From NCBI GenBank assembly GCA_951406725.2, contig OX597824.1, forward strand, positions 88,288,001-88,352,000: a stretch of DNA of 64,000 nucleotides, written 5' to 3'. The notes beneath the pieces are model-generated. The model saw only the letters and a list, made by a program, of their open reading frames with translations. It was not told the DNA's origin and searched no databases. Positions 25,101 through 37,856 of this stretch are shown piece after piece. Origin of the DNA: Octopus vulgaris (Eukaryota). Position numbers and translations under genes: made by a program. Positions within the stretch are counted from its first letter, which is position 1. Every line of letters begins with the position of its first letter.

Positions 25101-28100
25101 GGTTTTGTCTTGTGAGTTACTTGAGAACTCACTGGTGTTGGTGCCATGTAACAAGCATCCAATACCCTCTGTAAAATGGTTGCTGTTTGGAAGCTATGAA
25201 GGGTGTCCAGCCATAGAACCTTGCCGTAGCAGACATTGGAGTTTGGCACAGTCCCCTGGATTGCCAACTCCTGTTGAACCATCCAACCCATGTCAGTATG
25301 CATAAATACGATGGGCTTCTTTTAGTTTCTGTCTACCAAATCTATTTACAAGGCTTTTGGTGAACCCAGGGCTATATTAGAGGATACTTGCCCAATGTAC
25401 CACACAGTAGGACTGAACCCAAGACTGCATGATTGGTAACAAGATCCTTAACCACACACCCACACTTGCACCTATCAAATAGTAGGCTGCTATGATCCGA
25501 AATCATTGTTATATCTTTGGACTATTTAAGGCTTCATGCATATTTGATAACTTACAGTGTAAGTGAATATATTAGATTTGTTTTGAATGCTTAGTTAATA
25601 ATTAACATGTTGTATAGAGTGTTTGGCTTTTAAAATTATTATTTAACCCTTTCATTACCAACCCGGCTCTGGCTCTGAGTACAAATGTCTTGTTTTCATA
25701 AGTTTTGAATTAAAATCTTGCACCTAACCTTAGTCACAATTTATGTTCCTAACACTAGCTGAATGATAACTAAGTTATTTTGCTAAATTCTTTGTTATAT
25801 TTAAAGTAACTGAAAGAAACACAGAGCATCTCAAAAGAAATATGGGAACAAAAGGGTTAATAATCATTGTAAATTCTATGTTGAATTCTCATCAAAATCT
25901 CACAGCTGTAAGATAATGCATGATTAATTTAAAACATTGTGAATTTAAAAAAAAAAGCATTAATTTTAACAGAGTGATGTTAATGCTAAGAGGTTAAACA
26001 ACTGCTCCAGAATAAAAGGAGAAAAATCATTCCAAAATATTAAGCATTTATTCTTGTCATCAACATAAAGTTCCATATTTTTTTAATATTTTCAAGACTT
26101 AGAAGCCCGAGAAAATGCTTATGAGCAACAGAAAGCGAAAGAAGCTGCATCGTATATAAATTTACAAGCTGAGGTGAGAATATGACTTGTTTCCTAAAAA
26201 CTATTAAAACCTCTTTATTTATTGGTGGGTGATGGAAGATTGGACATCAAAAACAGGATTTTAAACAAATAACCTTTACACAGGAGTGGCTGTGTGGTAA
26301 GTAGCTTGCTTACCAACCACACCGTTCCAGCTTCAGTTTGACTGCGTGGCACCTTGGGCAAGCCTCAAGCAGACCAAAGCCTTGTGAGTGGATTTGGTAG
26401 GCGGAAACTGAAAGAAGCCCGTTGGATATATATATGTGTTTGTGTGTCTGTTGATAACCGATGCTGGTGTGTTTACGTCCCCAGCAAAAGAGACTGATAC
26501 AATAAGTATTAGGCTTACAAAGAATAAGTCCTGGGGTTGATTTGCTCGACTAAAGGCGGTGCTCCAGCATGGCCACAGTCAAATGACTGAAACAAGTAAA
26601 AGAGTAAAAGCTAGTCATTTTATTAAGACAAAAATGGATGCTATTACATTACTTAAAAGTGGAGATATGTAATGTAAATTAATTAATTATAACACCTGCT
26701 CAAGCTGAATATGAAAGTTTTTGTTTGATTACTAGAAATATTTTGATTTGTGAATCATGAATCGTGAAAATTAAGAAGACTAACAACACCTGAATGGATT
26801 TGATTAAAAAACGAAGAATGATAGGTATTTGTTACGAACCTTAAAACTGATGATTCAACTTTTTTTTCTGTTTTGTTTTGCAGATTGAACGTTTACAGAA
26901 AGAAGGTTCTAAGTTATTGGCCGAAGAACAAGAATATCTAAAAGAACAAATGAAGCAGGAAAAAATGAATGAGGAAGAGTCAAAACACGAGATAAATGAA
27001 AGTAATTAGTAATATATTTCTTTATATATATATATCATCATCGTTTAATGTCCGTTTTCCGCGCTAGCACGGGTTGGATGGTTCGACCGGGGTCTGGGAA
27101 GCCAGGGGCTGCACCAGGCTCCAGTCTAATCTGGCAGTGTTTCTACAGCTGGATGCCCTTCCTAACGCCAACCACTCCACGAGTGTAGTGGGTGCTTTTT
27201 ACGTGCCAGAGGAGTCTGGCATCGGCCACGATTGGTTGGTGCTTTCAACGTACCACCGGCACAGAAGCCAGTCGAGGCGGTGCTGGCATCGGCCATGTTC
27301 GGATGGTGCTTTTTACGTGCCACCAGCAGAGAAGCCAGTCGAGGCGGCACTGGTACGACTGGCTTCAATGCCGATATATACATATATATATAGGTGTAGG
27401 AGTGGCTGTGTGGTAAGTAGCTTGCTTACAAATCACATGGTTCTGGGTTCAGTCCCACTGCGTGGCACCTTGGACAAGTGTCTTCTACTATAGCTTCGAG
27501 CCAACCAAAGCCTTGTGAGTGGATTTGGTAGGCAGAAACTGAAAGAAGCCTGTAGGTGGAGTTACCAATTTATAAGTATAGTTGGCTATGTATGGACATG
27601 TAACTATAAGTTACATGTGAGCTTATATAGTTGTCATTTAACCCTTTAGAATTCAGATATTATTTTGTAGCTTCCAGATAGGAAAGACGTAATTGCTTAT
27701 TTTAAGAATGACATTGCAGGGTAGGTGTGAGATGCTGGTTCTGGCCAGTTTGAGCATAAAATGTGTAGAATATTTGGGCTGGATGCAGCGGGGTTAAACA
27801 CTAAGGCGTTAATTGCTTGTATTGTTGCTGTTATGAACTGGTTTCTTATATTATTTATATATAGATTATATTTCTTTTTGTGTTTAGCTTCATCGGAGCT
27901 GCTTCCCCGATTAAAGGTAATTTAATTTTAAATCTATTTAACTATTTTTGAAGAAAAACATGTTTGTAATTATCATCATCATCATCATTTAACGTCCGCT
28001 TTCCATGCTAGCATGGGTTGGACGATTTTGACTGAGGGCTGGCGAACCAGATGGCTGCACCAGGCTCCAGTCTGATCTGGCAGAGTTTCTACAGCTGGAT

Positions 28101-31100
28101 GCCCTTCCTAACGCCAACCACTTCGTGAGTGTAGTGGGTGCTTTTTACGTGCCACTGGCACAGGGCCAGTCAGGTGGTACTGGCAACAGGTGCCAGTAAT
28201 ATTTGTAACTTACACTGTTGAGTTAACTGTGGATGTAACTATGATATTAGCTGTGGTTTGTAGCGTGTCATAAATTTAGGTTGATATTTTCTGATTCGAG
28301 GTGAAAGCAACTCAGTCTATTTGCATTGTTTGATTGGCAGCTAAGTGCAGTTAATGTGACCTGTTTTAGACATGGTTGCAGATGTGTCTTTCCTGTCAAA
28401 TTCCCTAGCGACAGGTATTTAAAGGGAAAAATTTGACCAGTCAGTCACCGGCTGACGCTCGCTGACGATACATCGAAGAGGCCAGGGAACAGAAGAAAGA
28501 AGACATGCACCCAACACCAGAGCTGAAGACACCTCTGAAGGGGTTTATAAGTATATATAAAGCTGAAGTTGTCTGTGTATGGTAGGTTTGGTAATCTTCA
28601 ACTAACACTATCTCCTCCAAGACCCTGCGGCGCAAGTTGACCAAAATTGAGAGTATTATAAAAGAAGGCTTGCTCTTCCTTCTGTAGAAGATAAAATTCA
28701 AATCGGACCATGTTAACACCAAAAATTATTTACATCAAAAAGGTGCTTTTTTTTCTATGAAAATCCCTATTTTTTACCATTTTTTGACTGCTGTGTTTCC
28801 ATTTTTCGGTGTATTTCAACCAGAAAAATGTTCACTTTAAGAGATAACAAGCTACATAATGCAAAATTTTTACTTTTCAAAAATTCCAATTCTAAAGGGT
28901 CAAAACAAACCTGAGCAACGCTGGGTGATACTGCCAGTTGCTGATAAATCTCTCTCAAATCACTTCCTACCTTCAAGGATAGATTGAGCAATATTGTCCT
29001 AGATATACAGAAGGCTAGATGGTCATGGCTGGAAGATTTTTGATCAGGGATGACTTGGAGCTAGATTAAAACAATGATAACAAATAACCGTAGTTATTCC
29101 TCAATTGGTTATAAGGAGACGAGATATCTTTTAGAGTCTGTTTGGTGACTGAAGTGTACTTCAAATAATTTGAGAAAAAGGAAGGGATCTGAAACTCCTG
29201 ATTAAATATTGCATAAATTATTTCTTTTTCTCTAATTTTCAAAGATCAAATGGAAATCCAAAAAAGGAGATATTTCAAATGGTGGCTATACGGCAGATAT
29301 TTTGGAGGAATTGTTTTCTAAGGTAAGATCTTCAAATATACATTTAGATTCTGAAGAGTAGCTTCAATCACATTATTCATATTTTTGGAGGTTTTGCGAA
29401 TTAAATTTTCAGGAAAAAAATCCTAATTGTTCAGCAAAATGAAGGGTTTTATTTTCAAATTCTTATGAGTAATATCTTGTAATCCATGAAGACACCATTG
29501 GAGATTTAGCGTTGTTATTGAATGGAATAATGAAGCATAAACTCTTCACGTTACCTTAAACATCCATTCCTCAACGTTATTCATACAAAAATGTCATCAA
29601 TAAGTAACTTAACTCCTCATTTGCATTGCCTTTCAACACTCAACTACAACTAAAAATCCCATCTGACCTGTGGATGTTAAACAACGTTGATGATGCAAAC
29701 ATTTATTGATTCGTAAATGTATCCCCATTTTCAATCAGTAATATATAAATGCATTATCTTAACCTTTTGCATGCTTAGATGCATCATGGCACTGTATGAA
29801 TTTTCTCCCCTGTAGCTGCAGGTGCATTGTATCACATTGAGAGGGGAGAAAACTCATATGATGACATGGTGTGTCTACTGCATGCTAAAGGTTGATACTA
29901 TAAGATGCTGGTGACTGTCTTTAAATGCCTTTGTAATTCTGTTTCTTTGAAGTATGGGGAAGTTACTGCCCTGGTTGTATCAAGTAAGAAAAATGGGAGT
30001 GGAATTGTGGAGTTCAAGACCCTGACTATGGCTGTAAGTAAAAATAAATCTTTTTGATAAATTTATTGTTATATTTTGGATTACACATTTTATTTTGCAT
30101 TCTACAGACTTAGCCACTCTGACATGTCTTCACCATTTTCTCCTCTTTTCCAACTGGAGTAGCCATGTATCTCTTATACTGGTAGACCCCTGTTTCTGTT
30201 CTTTTATTCTCATCATTCAGCCCCCTCCTTCAGTACTGCACCCTGCCCCTCAATTAAGGCGTCTTGTCTTGCAAGTGATTCGGTAACCTCACAAATGCTG
30301 GCGCCACATAAAAAGCACTAGGTACACTCTTTGAAGTGGCTGGTGTTAGGAGAGGCAGACACTGGAGTTTGGCACAGTCCTCTGGCTTGTCAGCTCCGGT
30401 CAAACCATCCAACCTATGCTAGCATGGAAAATGGATGTTAAATGATGACGATGACGACAACATATGTGTGTGTGTGTGAGCATGACCACAGCTTTGAGGC
30501 TGAAACATTTTACAGATTTAAAAATTTAAATATATATATATATATATTTAATATAGGATTGGCTGTGTGGTAAGTAGCTTGCCTACCAATCACATGGTTC
30601 CGGGTCCAGTCCCACTGCGTGGCACCTTGGGCATGTGTCTTCTACTATAGCCTCAGGCCGACCAAAGCCTTGTGAGTGGATTTGGTAGACGGAAACTGAA
30701 AGAAGCCCGTCGTATATATGTATATATGTGTGTGTGTTTGTGTGTCTGTGTTCGTCACCCTAGCATTGCTTGACAACCGATGCTGGTGTGTTTATGTCCC
30801 CGTTACTTAGCAGTTTGGCAAAAGAGACCGATAGAATAAGTACTGGGCTTACAAAAGAATAAGTCCCGGGATTGAGTTGCTCGCTTAAAGGCACTGCTCC
30901 AGCATGGCCACAGTCAAATGACTGAAACAAGTAAAAGAGAGTAAGAGTATATATATATATGTTTGTATGTATTAGTCATAAAGTTAAAGTCAGGTCATAG
31001 AGTGACCAATGATATAGCTCCAGCAGAGGGTAGTGGTGACCCCTGTTGTACTCTTTCGCCACAACTTTCTCTCACTCTCTCATCCTGTTTCTTGAGTAAT

Positions 31101-32773
31101 GCTGCAATGGACTGGCGTCCCTCCAGCTGGGGGTGGGGCACGCCACAGAAACTGGGAAACCGGGCCCATGAGCCTGGCTAAGCTTGAAAAGGGTGCATAA
31201 ATAAAAAAATAGAAATTAAAATGAGCATTACATTTTGACAGAATAATGTGAATGCTAAAGAGTTGAAATGATGATGATGTGACTTTTTTTCATTATTTCA
31301 TCCTTCTTGTGCAGGTATGTCTTGCGTATGATTTTGTAAGTAAGAAAAAAACAAACATACCACCACACATATAAACAGAAGTGGGGGTTCTTTTCTGGTG
31401 TGTAACTACAAATCAATTGATTGTAAAGACTTGTAGATCGTGATTTTCGCCCTTCGAGCGTAATCGTTACCAACGTCGCCTTACTGGCACGTGTAAAAAG
31501 ATTCGAGCGAGGTCATTGCTAATACTGCCTGACTGGCCCCTTGCCGGTGGCACCGTAAAAAGCACCCACTACACTCTCGGAGTGGTTGGTGTTAGGAAGG
31601 GCATCCAGCTGTAGAAACTCTGCCAGATCAAGACTGGGGCCTGGTGCAGCCATCTGGTTCGCCATCCCTCAGTCAAAATCGTCCAACCCATGCTAGCATG
31701 GAAAGCGGACGTTAAACAATGATGATGATGATGATGATTTACTCCCTCGAGTTCCATTCATATTAAATAAAGGTTGTGTGTGTTTTAGAGTGTAGGAGCG
31801 TTATTTGAACTGTAAAACTATGGGTTGTATTCATATTTCTGTTTTTTTTAACCACAGATATAATTTTTTTCTGACTTCTGCAGCAAAAAGCCTTATTGTG
31901 TGAACATGGACTTGAGGACAACCCATTAACTTTGTCGTGGATAGATGCACCACCCCCATCTGCTGTGCCTGAATGCCACAATGAAACAGAAAAGATGCCT
32001 CACAAAGTAAGCTAGACTTTGATACATTTTAGTTTTACTGGTAAAATCTATGTTTGTTTAGCTTAACTGTTGTCTTGATTTTCCAATGTTCAAACTTGTG
32101 TACTGCCATTTTGACTAGTTAGAAGTGGGTGCTTTTACGTGCCACCGGTACGAGGGCCAGTCAGGCAGTACTGGCAACGGCCACGCTCAAATGGTGCTTT
32201 TTATGTGCCACCTGCACAGGAGCCAGTCCAGCGGCACTGGTGATGACATGACATTACACATCACATCACAATACACCACCTACATCATTACACATCACAT
32301 CACAACACACCACCCACAGCACACCGCCCGCACACCCATCCCCACATCTTTATACCTACACATACATACACATATCATATCACAACACACCACCAACACA
32401 CCCATCCCTATATCTCCACACATACATATACACATCCAGACCACCAGCCCTCTTTCACACGCACATACATACTCTCTTATACACACACGCACCTTCGTTT
32501 TGGAAGTCACTTGACCCTGTTATCTCCCCTACTATCCCTCTAGCGTCTAACGTCTGACTTCTGCCTGAAGTCAGAACGCCATGATAGACCGTTAGCTCCT
32601 ACACGCATTTTTTTCTCTCCTTGTTTCTTTTCTGTGTATCTTTCTGTCGAAGAGCGTAGGCTCGAAACGTAAAAGACTTGTTCTATTTCTATTCCTGAGC
32701 GCCATACTAATACATTTGTTTGTTTGTACTCCACCTGCCTTCGTCTTTTGTTTATTTGCGTAAACCTTCCCGT

Positions 32774-32848
<75 letters not shown>

Positions 32849-33131
32849 GAAGCGTCCAATAACACTATATTTGTTCCACGTCCTTGCATTGGTTGTGTTT
32901 TTTCTTTGTTCATGTTTGGATTAACTATTTATATATGTATATATATATTTACAGATAGCAACTCCGTTGGCTTTCCAGGCTGATTCTTATCAAGCTGATT
33001 CTTACCAGCCGATGACCTCTGATGAAAGAGCCTTTGAAAGTTTGGTTCTGCGTAGACTTCGACAGGCTGAAGAAAGAAAAAGACTTACTGAACAGATACT
33101 GAAGGAAGATGAAGATGAAGCAAAGACTTAG
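18185..33131 (+). CDS. DNAJC17: DnaJ homolog subfamily C member 17 (J domain + coiled coil + RRM), 11 coding exons, about 324 aa
   Basis: Exons 18185-18259, 21005-21074, 24012-24070, 24608-24695, 26097-26173, 26884-27001, 27888-27916, 29245-29322, 29953-30033, 31884-32006, 32955-33131. All introns are GT-AG with consistent phases. Peptides: LDLYSLL, AYRKKALKCHPDKNPDN, LSKALEVLTD, DLEARE, IERLQKEGS, KWKSKK..GGY, YGEV..VVSSKK..VEF, FESLVLRRLRQAEERKRL. Confidence 0.95.
18326..18367 (+). mobile_element. 42-nt 3' tail of a CR1-like LINE with a 6-bp TSD (AAATGT)
   Basis: Matches the LINE 3' end seen at about 19738-19790, 35990-36045(-) and 43140-43190(-). Flanked by AAATGT at 18320-18325 and 18368-18373. 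Confidence 0.8.
18622..18915. mobile_element. Palindromic Penelope-like terminus family (about 130-bp arms plus a shared tail)
   Basis: TGTTGTGTCTGGGGAGAGTCATT...ACCGGTAAAATTT...GCAACC is mirrored. Same structure at 21953-22258 and 45552-45895. Confidence 0.7.
18969..19208. mobile_element. TIR element with internal CCCTAA repeats and (TA)n
   Basis: TIRs ATCTTTCGGTACAAGTACCATAACTGCC / GGCAGCTATGGTACTTGTACCGAAAGAT. Confidence 0.78.
20334..20386 (-). ncRNA. Minimal type I hammerhead-like motif with swapped G3-C8 core pair
   Basis: TTTGTCA-GTGAACA-G-GTCGC(loop)GCGAC-GAA-AATATT-T-TGACAAA. Second copy on + at 55229-55279. Confidence 0.6.
24186..24248 (+). ncRNA. Type I hammerhead ribozyme, canonical core, sense in DNAJC17 intron 3
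   Basis: TTTATCG-CTGAGGA-GGGG(AAAATTCTTATGAATTAA)CCCC-GAA-ATTGG(GA)CCAAT-A-CGATAAA. Predicted cleavage after A24241. Confidence 0.82.
24829..25033. mobile_element. hAT-like MITE remnant
   Basis: CAGTGCTTTTCAACC 5' end with GGAACCCC subterminal motifs. A similar element at about 20142-20879 (TAGTGGTTCTCAACC...TTGAAAATCACT) carries nested inserts. Confidence 0.5.
28551..28938 (+). mobile_element. Non-autonomous Helitron-type element
   Basis: TATATATAAAGCTGAAG start, 3' hairpin CCTGAGCAACGCTGGG and CCAG|T end. Same family as 62768-63191. Confidence 0.7.
32639..32676 (+). ncRNA. Minimal hammerhead-like motif with A6U core variant, sense in DNAJC17 intron 10
   Basis: TCTTT-CTGTCGA-A-GAGC(GTAG)GCTC-GAA-ACGT-A-AAAGA. 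Confidence 0.55.
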
Positions 33132-33378
33132 CTTCAATCTAAGACAGCCATTTCTGCTTTGTTCTGGAACATTCTGATACAGTAAACAATTGATTCTTTG
33201 TTTACGTGCCAATTTGATATTTTGTCAAAGGAATTTCTTCTCTTCCATGAAGAGGCTAATTAATCTAATAAAATAATAATAATAAATGTCATTAATTGTG
33301 ATTAATAAATTTTTATAGAAAAATATTTTAATAACTGGTAATGATTTCTTTGGGGGAATTTTCTTTGTTTATTTGTTA

Positions 33379-33747
33379 CTAGCACTATGACCTGGCAACG
33401 CCGGGTCATAGTGCTAGTGCATGCATATACAGCTGCGTGCATGCGCACATACAAGCGAGTTCTGTCCAAATCTCCGACCAATCACATACAGCTAGCTGGC
33501 ATTCAATTGGCGTATCAAGTTTCGGGCATTTTGATTGGGTTTTGGATAGAAAATTCACAAAAAAGTCACTTCTATTGATCTTTTAATGGCTTTGCGGGGT
33601 GACTGGAGAAATGTAAAGATGTGCACGACCACCCTTGGACGGTTTTGAATGACCATAGAAAGTGCGAGCCCTCTAACTGAAAAATTGTGGATTTGTATAA
33701 AGGACACACACACACAGACATTTTGCCGTTTATATATAAAGAGAGAT
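33379..33747 (-). mobile_element. Non-autonomous Helitron-type element
   Basis: Minus strand starts A|TCTCTCTTTATATATAAA and ends in a long palindrome ...GACCCGGCGTTGCCAGGTCATAGTGCTAG|T. Confidence 0.7.
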
Positions 33748-34329
33748 ACATCATGATTAATATGTTTTAGGATGGTGGCTTGGCAGAATTGTTTGAGCAT
33801 TGAATAAAATACTTTGCAGTATTTATTCCTGCTCTGTATGTTCGGAGTTCAAATCTTGTCATGGTCAAGTGGTTAGGGTGTTGGACTCATGGTTGTAAGA
33901 TTGTGGTTTCGATTCCTGGACCGGGCGACGTGTTGTGTTCTTGAGTAAAACATTTCATTTCATGTTGGTCCAGTCCACTGAGCTGGCAAAAATGGGTAAT
34001 CCTGTTATGGACAGGCATCCCATCAGTTTCCGTCTACCAAATCCACTCACAAGGCTTTGGTCGGCCCGAGGCTATAGTAGAAGACACTTGCCGAAGGTGC
34101 CACACAGTGGGACTGAACCCGGAACCATGTGGTTGGTAAGCAAGCTACTTACCACACAGCCACTCCTACGCCTATTGAAAAAGCAAAGTCGGCCTTGGTG
34201 GAATTTGAACTAAGAAATGTAAGCGACGCCGCTATGTATACTGCCCAGCACGGTAACGATTCTGCCAGCTCGTCGCTTTATGTAGCTTATTAAAGTATTT
34301 TAGAAGTATAAAAATATCTATCTATCTCT

Positions 34330-34680
34330 CCACTCAGTCGAAGTTGACTCTCAGTTACTCATTGGATCAGTGTCCTCCAGTCAGTTCTATCCTGGGCCGC
34401 TTCTTTCAGACTGGCTATGTCCATTCTGGTATCACTCTTGATGGTGTCAAGCCAGCGGGTTCTTGGTCGGCCTCTTCCTCTCTTGCCACTGACCATTCCG
34501 AGCATGATGTCCTTCTCCAGGGATTTTCTCCACATAATATGACCGAAATATGCCAATCTATGCTTGGTGATTCTAGCTTCTAGCGACATTTTTGGCCTGA
34601 TCTGCTTAAGAACTTCTCCACTGGTGAGCCTCGCTGTCCATGGAATCCGTAAAAGTCTTCTCCAACACCAAAGCTCGAAT
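34330..34680 (-). mobile_element. RTE-clade LINE 3' fragment
   Basis: FELWCWRRLLRIPWTAR...AYFGHIMWRKSLEKDIMLGMVSGKRGRGRPRTRWLD...AQDRTDWR. Confidence 0.9.
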
Positions 34681-35018
34681 ATACAACAAACATTTTAATT
34701 AAAAGAAACATTTAAAAATCATAACAAAATCCATTTGTTAACAGACTAAAGCTGTTTGTCCTTTGCACAAGTTATAAGAAATGAATAAGAAAGACCATTG
34801 TTGTAACAAGTTATTTAATATCTAAAATATTTTAAAACAAATACTGCACAAAATTCTCTTTTGAGTAAAGGCAGGTTGATGTACACTGCTGTCTGTAGGT
34901 AATTAATTACATTTGAATCATTTTTTTTTTTAATTACAAAAAATATATCTTTTTTTTTCTTTCTGTATTTTACATGGAATGTTTTTCAGAAATAGACTTG
35001 GTATTATAGTGAATATAT

Positions 35019-37824
35019 TTAACCTCTTTTATGAAATTCCAAAAACCAATCACGAATCTTTTGTCGTGATATAGTTCCGTCTGGAAGACGAGGGATTTCT
35101 GTGTGAAACTTAATGCCACCTCTCAGCTGCTTGTATGATGCTGCATTGTCTGGAAAAAGAAATAGAAAAAATCAATTTTTTTACTAATCCATCTAATAAT
35201 CAAAATATTATTATTTCTAAGTCTCTCTAAAGGAGACTACGGCAGCGGTACTGGATATTAACAATTATCTGTTTCTTTATTACCCACAAGGGAGACAAAC
35301 GGATTAAGTCGATTACATCGACCCCAGTGCGTCACTGGTACTTATTTAATCGACCCCGAAAGGATGAAAGGCAAAGTTGACCTCGGTGGAATTTGAACTC
35401 AGAACGTAACGGCAGACGAAATACCTATTTCTATTTCTTTACTACCCACAAGGGGCTAAACACAGAGAGGACAAACACAGACAGACAAAGGTATTAAGTC
35501 GATTACATTGACCCCAGTGCATAACTGGTACTTAATTTATCGATCCCGAAAGGATGAAAAGCAAAATCAACCTTGGCAGAATTTGAACTCAGAACGTAAC
35601 GGCAGACGAAATACGGCTACGCATTTCACCCGGCGTGCTAACGTTTCTGCCGGCTCGCCGCCCCAGGCTATATATATATATATATATATAATGTTTCAAA
35701 AACCGAACCTTGGACAAAATTTTGTAGTTCTTTCTGGTCAACTTTCCTTTGCTGGACAACCAGAGCCGTTGGTACTTCACCAGCTTCTTTGTCGGGCAAG
35801 CCAAACACAGCAACATCTAACACAGCTGGGTGTTGTAGAAGAAGATCTTCAATTTCCTCAGGAGAAACCTACAGAATGTAAACCAGATTGTAAGCCAGAA
35901 TGTAAACTAGATTGATTTTACTTGATATATATATTCCTTGACTCTAACTCTCACCCCCAGACAATGCTTGGTAATATACATAATAATAAAAATAATAATA
36001 ATAATGAAATTATTGTATACAGTGCTCAGGTGCACCACAACTTGTCAGAGTATATGCATTAATGTACAAATGTCTGGAAAGCGAACAACGTATGAGTCAG
36101 ATACATGCTTGCGTGTGTAGTATGGAGAGGAGAAAATCAGGTGTAGTGTTGGTGAATCTCAGGAAGCATGGAAGTTTTGAAGGATGCAGTGCTCTGACAA
36201 CTAACAACTGATGCCGGCAGTTTGTTCCATGCTTCAGCAACTCTCAGCATGAAAAAATGTTTCCGAAAGTCATGGGAGCTGTGCCGTTTTCTGACTTTGT
36301 AAACATGTCCACAGGTGTTAGACAGGTGAAGTTTGAAAAGGTGCTCAGAGTTATTGTTAGTAAGATGGTTAATAATTTTATGGGTGTCTGCCAACTCAGA
36401 TGCCAGACGTCGGAGTTTCAATGTGTCCATGCCCAGGGAAGTAAGGCGTTCATGATATGGCAAATGCCTGATGGAGGGTGTTCTTGCATACACTCACATG
36501 CCTACATATCATACACATGCACACACGACAGGCTTATTTCAGTTTCTGTTCACCAAATCCATTCACAAGGTTTTGGTTGACCCCACGACTATAGTAGAAT
36601 AAATATTTAGAATAATATCACAAAACATTTCATGCATTGTTTTAACAAGTCTGCCAGTTGGTTGGCTGGAAGGAAGGAAGGACGGACAGATGAATGGGTG
36701 GATGGATGGATGGAAGGACAACTAGTGGATGCATATGTATATTTATGTGTTTATATGCATGCATGCATGCATGTATGTATGTATGTATAAAGCCAGCGCT
36801 GCCTGACACATAAAATCACCAACCGATTGTGGCTGTTTGCCAGCCTCGTCTGGCCCCTGTGCCGGTGGCATGTAAAAAGCACCCACTACACTCGCGGAGT
36901 GGTTGGCGTTAGGAAGGGCATCCAGCCGTAAAAACACTGCAAGATCAGACTGGAGCCTGGTGCAGCCTCCTGGCTTCACAGACGGCGGTCAAACCATCCA
37001 ACCCATGCTAGCATGGAAAACGGACGTTAAACGATGATGACGACGACGACGATGATGATATATATATATATGTATATATATGTATAATCAAAATAAGCAA
37101 CAAGAATGACTCCAGTAATTTGGTACGATCGTTTCGTACTACATCATTTTATTAAATGTTGTAAGTATTACAACAGTTTTAAAATGCTGAGCACTCATCA
37201 GCCAATTATAGAGATTTTCTATTAATACAAAAATTTTCATATCAAGTGGCAACATTATAGAGAAGGTAGATACATAGACAAAGATGTGGATTTAAATTTT
37301 AAGAACATTTGAGGTAGTGGAGCCCATCAACTGAATGACTAAGATTCGGTTGTTCCAGACTACTGTAAGGTTCTGAGAGGAAAGAATATATGTATATATA
37401 TGTATGTATATATTTATTTATGTTCCAAGTTGTGTGTCATTGTTTTGCATGTAAGAAACTTAGCCTCTGGACACTGCTTCAAGACATAAGTCCTCAAAGG
37501 TTGTGCAACTTTGTTGCATGCTTTCTATAAACCCAGTCAATGCAGGCTACAGTTACAAGTTTCAAATAATTTCCTAGCATGAAAATACAAAAGCAAATTT
37601 TTAATGAACCATGAAGAAATAAGCAAGATATCTCACCTGGCACCCCTTGTACTTAATTAATGTTTTGATTGTGTTAACAATCGTATAGTGTCCTTCACTG
37701 TCACAAGTTCCAACATCACCTGAAATTATAAAAAAGTAAAAATTCATTTCATTTCTGTTTGCCTAAAACAAGAACCTATTCTGCCCCACTTCCTTCTCTC
37801 ACACCACACACCCACTCCTGCACC

Positions 37825-37856
<32 letters not shown>

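Noticed and set aside
33019-33040. CTGATGA...GAAA hammerhead-like string
   Set aside because: Lies in DNAJC17 coding sequence (SDERAFES) and lacks stems I and III.
35073-37675. A-to-I editing restoring the ANL catalytic residues
   Set aside because: Editing ACT or ACA gives Ala, not Lys or Arg; only the Asn-to-Asp change is reachable.
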